Part shown: piece after piece, positions 1 through 8,278 of the stretch
Numbering within the stretch: the first letter of the stretch is position 1
Layout of the letters: each line of letters starts with the position of its first letter
Assembly (NCBI RefSeq): GCF_006345805.1
Contig: NW_021828511.1
Coordinates: 1-8,278 of the forward strand
Direction of reading: 5' to 3'
Source of the DNA: Octopus sinensis
Taxonomy: Eukaryota
Length of the DNA: 8,278 nt
Notes under the pieces: generated by a model
The model's input: the letters and a program-made list of their open reading frames with translations, nothing else
The model's database searches: none
What the model was told of the DNA's origin: nothing
Made by a program: the position numbers and the translations under genes

Positions 1-2487
1 CATATATACAATACATAAGAGAGCAGGGTGTTCTTTGAGGGAGATTTGGGTGTTATTTCTAGCAGATCTAGCTAGATTGTGGAGGTTTCCCTCATTGGCT
101 CATAATACCTATATACTACATGAGAGTAGGTGTTGTTTGAGGGAGATCTGGCTGTTATTTCTAGCAAGTCTAGCTACCATGTAGAGGTCTCCCTCATTGG
201 CTCACACATACATATGTACATACATAAGAGAGTAGGGTGTTGTTTGAGGGAGATCTGGCTGTTATTTCTAGCAGGTCTAGCTATCATGTAGAGGTCTACC
301 TCATTGGTTCATACATACATATGTACATACATAAGAGAGTAGGGTGTTGTTTGAGGGAGATCTGGCTGTTATTTGTAGCAGGTCTAGCTACCATGTAGGG
401 GTCTCCCTCCTTGGCTCATACATACATATATACATACATAAGAGAGTAGAGAGTTGTTTGAGGGAGATCTGGCTGTTATTTCTAGCAGGTCTAGCTACCA
501 TGTAGAGGTCTCCCTCAGTGGCTGATACATACATATATACATACATAAGAGAGTAGGAAGTTGTTTGAGGGAGATCTGGATGTTATTTCTAGCAGGTCTA
601 GCTACCATGTAGAGGTCATCCTCATTGGGTCATACATACATATATAAGTCCATAAGAGAGTAGGGTGTTGTTTGAGGGAGATCTGGCTGTTATTTCTAGC
701 AGGTCTAGCTACCATGTAGTGGTCTCCCTCAGTGGCTCATACATACATATATACATACATAAGAGAGTAGGGTGTAGTTTGAGGGAGATCTGGCTGTTAT
801 TTTTCTACACTAGTCTAGCTACCATGTAGGGCTCCCATTGGGCTCATACATACATATATACATACATAAGAGAGTAGGGAGTTGTTTGAGGGAATCTGGC
901 TGTTATTTCTAGCAGTTCTAGTTACCATGTAGAGGTCTCCCTCATTGGGTCATACATACATATATAAGTCCATAAGAGAGTAGGGTGTTGTTTGAGGGAG
1001 ATCTGGCTGTTATTTCTAGCAGGTCTAGCTACCATGTAGAGGTCTCCCTCATTGGCTCATACATACATATATACATACATAAGAGAGTAGGGTCTTGTTT
1101 GAGGGAGATTTGGCTGTTATTTCTACCATGTCTAGCTACCATGTAGAGGTCTCCCTCATTGACTCATACATATATATATACATACATAAGAGAGTAGGGT
1201 GTTGTTTGAGGGAGATCTGGCTGTTATTTCTAGCAGATCTAGCTAACATGTAGAGGTCTCCCTCATTGGCTCATACATACATATATACATACATAAGAGA
1301 GTAGGGTCTTGTTTGAGGGAGATTTGGCTGTTATTTCTACCAGGTCTAGCTACCATGTAGTGGTCTCCCTCATTGGCTCATACATACATATATACATACA
1401 TAAGAGAGTAGGGTGTTGTTTGAGGGAGATTTGGCTGTTATTTTTAGCAGGTCTAGCTACTACGTAGATGTCTCCCTCATTGGCTCATACATACATATGT
1501 AAATACATTAGAGAGTAGGGTGTTGTTTCAGGGAGATTTGGCTATTATTTCTACCAGATCTAGCTACCATGTAAAGGTCTCCCTCATTGGCTTATACGTA
1601 CATATATACATACATAAGAGAGTAGGGTGTTGTTTGAGGGAGATCTGGCTGTTATTTGTACCATGTCTAGCTACCATGTAGAGTTCTCCCTCATCGGCTC
1701 ATACATACGTAAGAGAGTAGGGTGTTGTTTAAGGGAGATTTGGCTGCTATTTCTAGCAAGTCTAGCTACCATGTAGAGGCCTCCCTCATTGGCTCATACA
1801 TACATATATACATACATAAGAGAGTAGGGAGTTGTTTGAGGGAGATCTGGCTGTTATTTCTAGCAGGTCTAGCTACCATTTAGAGGTCTCCCTCATTGGC
1901 TCATACATACATATATACATACATAAGAGAGTAGGGTGTTGTTTGAGGGAGATTTGGCTGTTATTTCTAACAGGTCTAGCTACCATGTAGAGGTCTCCCT
2001 CATTGGCTCATACATACATATATACGTACGAAAGAGAGTAGGGTGTTGTTTGAGGGAGATTTGGTTTTTATTTCTCCTAGATCTAGCTACCACGTATAGG
2101 TCTCCCTCACTGGCTTATACATACATATATACATACATAAGAGAGTAGGGTGTTGTTTGAGGGAGATTTGAGTGTTATTTCTAGCAGATCTAGCTACCAG
2201 GTAGAGTTTTCCCTCATTGGCTCATACATACATATATACATACATAAGAGCGTAGGGTGTTGTTTGAGGGAGATCTGGCTGTTATATCTACCATATCTAG
2301 CTACAATGTAGAGGTCTCCCTCATTGGCTCATACATACATAAGAGAGTAGGGTGTTGTTTAAGGGAAATTTGGCTGTTATTTCTAGCAGGTCTAGCTACC
2401 ATGCAGAGGTCTCCCTCATTGGCTCATACATACATATATACATACATAAGAGAGTCGGATGTTTTTTGAGGGAGATCTGGCGGTTAT
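1..2487 (+). repeat. Tandem satellite array, 107-bp monomer, forward orientation (about 23 monomers)
   Basis: The motif AAGAGAGTAGGGTGTTGTTTGAGGGAGAT recurs about every 107 bp head-to-tail with only scattered substitutions and small indels. There is no unique intervening sequence. Confidence 0.98.
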
Positions 2488-2858
2488 AACCGCCAGATCT
2501 CCCTCAAAAAACATCCGACTCTCTTATGTATGTATATTGTATGTATGAGCCAATGAGGGAGACCTCTGCATGGTAGCTAGACCTGCTAGAAATAAGCCAG
2601 CCAAATTCCCTTAAACAACACCTACTCTCTGTAGGTGTATGAGCCAATGAGGGAGACCTCTACATTGTAGCTAGACACCTGGTAGATATAACAGCCAGAT
2701 CTCCTCAAACAACACCCTACGCTCTTATGTATGTAATATGTATGTATAGCCAATGAGGAAAACTCTACCTGGTAGCTAGATCTGCTAGAAAAACACTCAA
2801 ATCTCCCTCAAACAACACCCTACTCTCTTATGTATGTATATATGTATGTATAAGCCAG
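2110..2858. repeat. Long spacer-less palindrome (fold-back inverted duplication), arms 377 and 372 bp, centre 2486/2487
   Basis: Centre reads GATCTGGCGGTTA|TAACCGCCAGATC. It is a perfect palindrome over 2436-2537 (102 bp). Arm pairing continues out to CTGGCTTA (2110-2117) and TAAGCCAG (2851-2858), with 11 discordant sites by manual alignment. Confidence 0.95.
2487..2858 (-). repeat. Inverted block of the same satellite (about 3.5 monomers), reverse-complement copy of 2110-2486
   Basis: Reads as the reverse complement of the monomer (CCAGATCTCCCTCAAACAACACCCTACTCTCTTATGTATG...) and carries the private variants of 2110-2486 in mirror order (GTCGGAT, ATGCAG, GGGAAA, TACAATG, TATATC, GAGCGT, TTGAGTG, GGCTTAT). 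Confidence 0.97.
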
Positions 2859-4090
2859 GTCTCGCTACCATGTAGAGGTTTCCCTCATTGGCTCATACAT
2901 ACATATATACATACATAAGAGAGTAGGGTGTTGTTTGAAGGAGATTTGACTGTCATTTCTAGCAGGCCTAGCTATCATGTAGAGGTCTACCTCATTGGCT
3001 GATACATACATACGTACATACATAAGAGAGTAGGGTGTTGTTTAAGGGAAATCTGGCTGTTATTTCTAGCAGGTCTAGCTACCATGTAGGGGTCTCCCTC
3101 ATTGGCTCATTCATACATATATACATACATAAGAGAGTAGTGTGTTGTTTGAGGGAGATTTGGCTGTCATTTCTAGCAGGTCTAGCTACCATGTAGAGGT
3201 CTCCCTCATTGGCTCATACATACATATATAAATATACATAAGAGAGTAGAGTGTTGTTTGAGGGAGATTTGGCTGTTATTTCTAGCAGTTCTAGCTACCA
3301 TGTAGAGGTCCCCTCATTGGCTCATACATACATATATACATAAATAAGAGAGTAGGGAGTTGTTTGAGGGAGATCTGGCTGTAACTTCTAGCAGGTCTAG
3401 CTACCATGTAGAGGTCTCCCTCATTGGGTCATACATACATATATAAGTCCATCAGAGAGTAGGGTGTTCTTTGAGGGAGATCTGGCTGTTATTTCTAGCA
3501 GGTCTAGCTACCATGTAGAGGTATGCCTCATTGCCTCATACATATATACATACATAAGAGAGTAGGGTGTTGTTCGAGGTTGATTTGGCTGTTATTTCTA
3601 CCAGATCTAGCTACCATGTAGCGGTCTCCCTCATTGGCTCATACATACATATATACATACATAAGAGAGTAGGGTGTTGTTTGAGGGAGACTTGGCTGAT
3701 ATTTCTAGCAGGTCTAGTTACCATGTAGAGGTCTCCCTCATTGGCTCATACATACATATATACATATAAAAGAGAGTAGGGTGTTGTTTGAGGGAGATTT
3801 GGCTGTTATTTCTAGCAGGTCTAGCTACCATGTAGAGGTCTCCCTCATTGGCACATACTTACATATATACATACAAGAGAGAGTAGGGTGTTGTTTGAGG
3901 GAGATTTGGCTGTTATTTCTACCAGGTCGAACTACCATGTAGAGGTCTCCCTCATTGGCTCATACATACATATATACATACATAAGAGAGAAGGGTGTTG
4001 TTTGAGGGAGATTTGGCTGTTATTTCTAGCAGGTCTAGCTACCATGTAGAGGTCTCCCTCATAGGCTCATACATACATATATACATACAT

Positions 4091-4197
4091 AAGAGAGTAG
4101 GGTGTTGTTTGAGGGAGATCTGGCTGTTATTTCTAGCAGGTCTAGCTACCATGTAGAGGTCTCCCTCATTGGCTCATACATACATATATACATACAT
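4091..4197 (+). repeat. Representative consensus-like 107-bp monomer with internal 12-bp inverted repeat and CATA-rich tract
   Basis: TGAGGGAGATCT (4110-4121) pairs with AGGTCTCCCTCA (4157-4168), 11 of 12 Watson-Crick plus one T.G. CATACATACATATATACATACAT lies at 4175-4197. Confidence 0.9.
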
Positions 4198-5779
4198 AAG
4201 AGAGTAGGGTGTTGTTTGAGGGAGATTTGGCTGTTATTTCTAGCAGGTCTAGCTACCATGTAGAGGTCTCCCTCATTGGCTCAGAAATACATATATACAT
4301 ACATAAGAGAGTAGGGTGTTGTTTGAGGGAGATTTGGCTGATATTTCTACCAGGTCTAGCTACCATGTAGAGGTCTGTCTCATTGGTTCATACATACATA
4401 AGAGAGTAGGGTGTTGTTTAAGGGAGATTTGGCTGTTATTTGTAGCAAGTCTAGCAACCATGTAGAGGTCTCCCTCATTGGCTCATACATACATATATAC
4501 ATACATAAGAGAGTAGGATGTTGTTTGAGGGAAATTTGGCTGTTATTTCTACCAGGTCTAGCTACCATGTAGAGGTTTCCCTCATTGGCTCATACATACG
4601 TATATACATAGATAAGAGAGTAGGGTGTTGTTTGAGGGAGATCTGGCTGTTATTTCTAGCAGGTCTAGCTACCATGTAGTGGTCACCCTCCTTGGCTCAT
4701 TCATACGTATATACATACATAAGAGAGTCGGGTGTTTTTTGAGGGAGATTTGGCTCTCATTTCTACCAGGTCTAGCTACCATGTAGAGGTCTCCCTCATT
4801 GGCTCATACATACATATATACATACATAAGAGAGTAGGGTGTTGTCTGAGGGAGATCTGGCTGTGATTTCTAGCAGGTCTAGCTACCATGTAAAGGTCTC
4901 CATCATTGGCTCATACATACATATATACGTACGTAAGAGAGTAGGGTGTTGTTTGAGGGAGATCTGGCTGTTATTTCTAACAGGTCTAGCTACCATGTAG
5001 AGGTCTCCCTCATTGGCTCATACATACATATATACATACAAAAGAGAGTAGGGTGTTGTTTGAGGGAGACTTGGCTGTTATTTCTAGCAGATCTAGCTAC
5101 CATGTAGAGGTCTCCCTCATTGGCTCATACATACATATATACACACATAAGAGAGTGGGGTGTTGTTTGAGGGAGAATTTGGTGTTATTTCTAGCAGTTC
5201 TAGCTACCATGTAGAGGTTTCCCTAATTGGCTCATACATACATATATACATACATAAGAGAGTAGGGTGTTGTTTGAGGGAGATCTGGCTGTATATCTAC
5301 CATGTCTTGCTACCATGTAGAGTTCTCCCTCATTGGCTCATACATACGTAAGAGAGTAGAGTGTTGTTTAAGGGAGATTTGGCTGCTATTTCTAGCAAGT
5401 CTAGCTACCATGTAGAGGCCTCCCTCATTGGCTCATACATACATATATACATACATAAGATAGTAGGGAGTTGTTTGAGGGAGATCTGGCTGTTATTTCT
5501 AGCAGGTCTAGCTACCATTTAGAGGTCTCCCTCATTGGCTCATACATACATATATACATACAAAAGAGAGTAGGGTGTTGTTTGAGGGAGATTTGGTTGT
5601 TATTTCTCCCAGATCTAGCTACCATGTAGAGGTCTCCCTCACTGGCTTATACATACATATATACATACATAAGAGAGTAGGGTGTTGTTTGAGAGAGATC
5701 TGGCTGTTATTTCTACCAGGTCTAGCTACCATGTAGAGGTCTCCCTCATTGGCTCATACATACATATATACATACATGA

Positions 5780-8278
5780 CAGATTTGGGAGTTGTTTGAG
5801 GGAGATCTGGCTGTTATTTCTAGCAGGTCTAGCTACCATGTAGAGGTCTCCCTCATTGGGTCATACATACATATATAAGTCCATAAGAGAGTAGGGTGTT
5901 GTTTGAGGGAGATCTGGCTGTTATTTCTAGCAGGTCTAGCTACCATGTAGAGGTCTCCCTCATTGGCTCATACATACATATATACATACATAAGAGAGTA
6001 GGGTGTAGTTTGAGGGAGATCTGGCTGTTATTTCTACCATGTCTAGCTACCATGTAGAGGTCTCCCTCATTGGCTCATACATACATATATACATACATAA
6101 GAGAGTAGGGTCTTGTTTGAGGGAGATTTGGCTGTTATTTCTAGCAGGTCTAGCTACCATGTAGTGGTCTCCCTCATTGGCTCATACATACATATATACA
6201 TACATAAGAGAGTTGGGTGTTGTTTGAGGGAGATTTGGCTGTTATTTTTAGCAGGTCTAGCTACTACATAGATGTCTCCCTCATTGGCTCATACATACAT
6301 ATGTAAATACATTAGAGAGTAGGGTGTTGTTTCAGGGAGATTTGGCTGTTATTTCTACCAGATCTAGCTACCATGTAAACGTCTCCCTTATTGGCTTATA
6401 CATACATATATACATACATAAGAGAGTGGGGTGTTGTTTGAGGGAGATTCTGGTGTTATTTCTAGCAGGTCTAGCTACCATGTAGAGGTTTCCCTAATTG
6501 GCTCATACATACATATATACATACATAACAGAGTAGGGTGTTGTTTGAGGGAGATCTTGCTGTTATTTCTACCATGTCTAGCTACCATGTAGAGTTCTCC
6601 CTTATTGGCTCATACATACGTAAGAGAGTAGGGTGTTGTTTAAGGGAGATTTGGCTGCCATTTCTAGCAAGAATAGCTACCATGTAGAGGCCTCCCTCAT
6701 TGGCTCATACATATGTACATACATAAGAGAGTAGGGAGTTGTTTGAGGGAGATCTGGCTGTTATTTCTAGCAGGTCTAGCTACCATTTAGAGGTCTCCCT
6801 CATTGGCTTATACATACATATATACATACGTAAGAGAGTAGGGTGTTGTTTGAGGGAGATCTGGCTGTTATTTGTAGCAGGTCTAGCTACCATGTTGGGG
6901 TCTCCCTCATTGGCTCATACATACATATATACATACATAAGAGAGTAGGGTGTTGTTTGAGGGAGATTTGGCTGTTATTTCTAACAGGTCTAGCTACCAT
7001 GTAGAGGTCTCCCTCATTGGCTCATACATACATATATACGTACGAAAGAGAGTAGGGTGTTGTTTGAGGGAGATTTGGTTGTTATTTCTCCTAGATCTAG
7101 CTACCCTGTATAGGTCTCCCTCACTGGCTAATACATACATATATACATACATAATAGAGTAGGGTGTTGTTTGAGGGAGATTTGGGTGTTATTTCTAGCA
7201 GATCTAGCTACCAGGTAGAGTTTTCCCTCATTGGCTCATACATACATATATACATACATAAGAGCGTAGGGTGTTGTTTGAGGGAGATCTGGCTGTTATT
7301 TCTAGCAGGTCTAGCTACAATGTAGAGGTCTCCCTCATTGGCTCATACATACATAAGAGAGTAGGGTGTTGTTTAAGGGAAATTTGGCTGTTATTTCTAG
7401 CATGTCTAGCTACCATGCAGAGGTCTCCCTCATTGGCTCATACATACATATATACATACATAAGAGAGTCGGGTGTTTTTTGAGGGAGATCTGGCGGTTA
7501 TTTCTACCAGGTCTAGCTACCATGTAGAGATCTCCCTCATTGGCTCATACATACATATTTACATACGTAAGAGAGTCGGGTGTTGTTTGAAGGAGATCTG
7601 GCTGTTATTTCTACCAGGTCTAGCTACCATGTAGAGGTTTCCCTCATTGGCTCATACATACGTATATACATACATAAGAGAGTAGGGTGTTATCTGAGGG
7701 AGATCTGGGTGTTATTTCTAGCAGGTCTAGCTACCATGTAGTGGTCTCTCTCATTGGCTCATTCATACATATATACATACATAAGAGAGTAGTGTGTTGT
7801 TTGAGGGAGATTTGGCTGTCATTTCTAGCAGGTCTAGCTACCATGTAGAGGTCTCCCTCATTGGCTCATACATACATATATAAATATACATAAGAGAGTA
7901 GAGTGTTGTTTGAGGGATATTTGGCTGTTATTTCTAGCAGGTCTAGCTACCATGTAGAGGTCCCCTCATTGGCTCATACATACATATATACATACATAAG
8001 AGAGTAGGGAGTTGTTTGAGGGAGATCTGGCTGTAATTTCTAGCAGGTCTAGCTACCATGTAGAGGTCTCCCTCATTGGGTCATACATACATATATAAGT
8101 CCATAAGAGAGTAGGGTGTTCTTTGAGGGAGGTCTGGCTGTTATTTCTAGCAGGTCTAGCTACCATGTAGAGGTATGCCTCATTGCCTATACATATATAC
8201 ATACATAAGAGAGTAGGGTGTTGTTTGAGGGAGATTTGGCTGTTATTTCTACCAGATCTAGCTACCATGTAGCGTCTC
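5780..8278 (+). repeat. Higher-order repeat block, copy 2 (no inversion); boundaries approximate
   Basis: Same variant order as 870-3630 at offsets 4911, 4804, 4911 and 5014 before the inversion and 4652 after it. The ORF track agrees: 1936/6950 and 2257/7271 give near-identical translations. Confidence 0.85.

Larger units (their letters stand above)
870..3630 (+). repeat. Higher-order repeat block, copy 1 (interrupted by the inversion); boundaries approximate
   Basis: An ordered series of rare variants is shared with 5780-8278: AAGTCCAT, TAAATACATTAG, TTTCAGGG, GAGTTCTCC, GAGGCCTCC, CCATTTAG, ACGTACGAAAG, GAGCGTAG, GGCGGTTA, TAAATATAC, GGTATGCCTC, GTAGCG. Confidence 0.85.
2855..8278 (+). 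repeat. Tandem satellite array, 107-bp monomer, forward orientation (about 51 monomers), runs off the window end
   Basis: Same monomer. Adjacent monomer starts at 4091 and 4198 give the 107-bp period. Length variants of 95, 103 and 109 bp arise in the CATA tract. Confidence 0.98.

Noticed and set aside
1-135. Diverged first monomer as a possible array edge
   Set aside because: It is still alignable to the monomer, and its indel-rich pattern at the sequence start is more consistent with low-quality read end.
795-900. Degenerate patch (TTTTCTACACTAGTC, GTAGGGCTCCCATTGGG, GGGAATCTGG)
   Set aside because: Clustered private indels not seen in any other monomer. Most likely local sequencing error and not an insertion.
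2487-2858. Inverted block as a transposon, invertible switch or hairpin telomere
   Set aside because: No terminal repeats, target-site duplication or recombinase gene. It is a duplication of adjacent DNA rather than an in-place inversion, and the sequence returns to forward orientation.
4096-4125. Telomeric repeat or G-quadruplex (GTAGGG...GAGGG)
   Set aside because: There is no tandem TTAGGG-type unit and only two GGG runs per 107 bp.
4185-4190. TATATA as a TATA box
   Set aside because: It is part of the low-complexity CATA tract, is deleted in 95-bp monomers, and has no downstream gene.
4091-4197. Hammerhead ribozyme in the monomer
   Set aside because: The CUGANGA core is absent on both strands. 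Only an isolated GAAA occurs on the minus strand.
1936-8268. Eight 62-71 aa ORFs in the supplied track
   Set aside because: They are translations of about two satellite monomers. The 107-bp period shifts frame each unit, most plus-strand starts are GTG or TTG inside the repeat, and there is no recognisable domain or coding signal.
1-8278. CRISPR array (regular period, palindromic element)
   Set aside because: There are no unique spacers: the whole 107-bp unit repeats. No leader or cas genes are present.

Overview
The whole window is non-coding tandem satellite DNA with about 77 monomers of a 107-bp unit (about 42% GC). The consensus, read from 4091-4197, is AAGAGAGTAGGGTGTTGTTTGAGGGAGAT(C/T)TGGCTGTTATTTCTAGCAGGTCTAGCTACCATGTAGAGGTCTCCCTCATTGGCTCATACATACATATATACATACAT. 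I find no credible genes, RNA genes or CRISPR array, and I cannot assign the family or organism; it looks eukaryotic, which is inference. Three levels of structure stand out. (1) A spacer-less fold-back palindrome of about 749 bp (2110-2858, centre 2486/2487): 372 bp are an inverted copy of the adjacent 377 bp, after which the array resumes forward in phase via a 4-bp microhomology (CCAG). The inverted arm differs from its template only at indel-type sites, so a sequencing or amplification artefact has to be excluded. (2) An irregular higher-order repeat of about 44 monomers (4652 bp) with nested 12-, 3- and 2-monomer duplications and mosaic blocks. (3) A 12-bp inverted repeat inside each monomer that encloses two mini-hairpins, followed by a (CATA)n-like tract that changes length in discrete steps.
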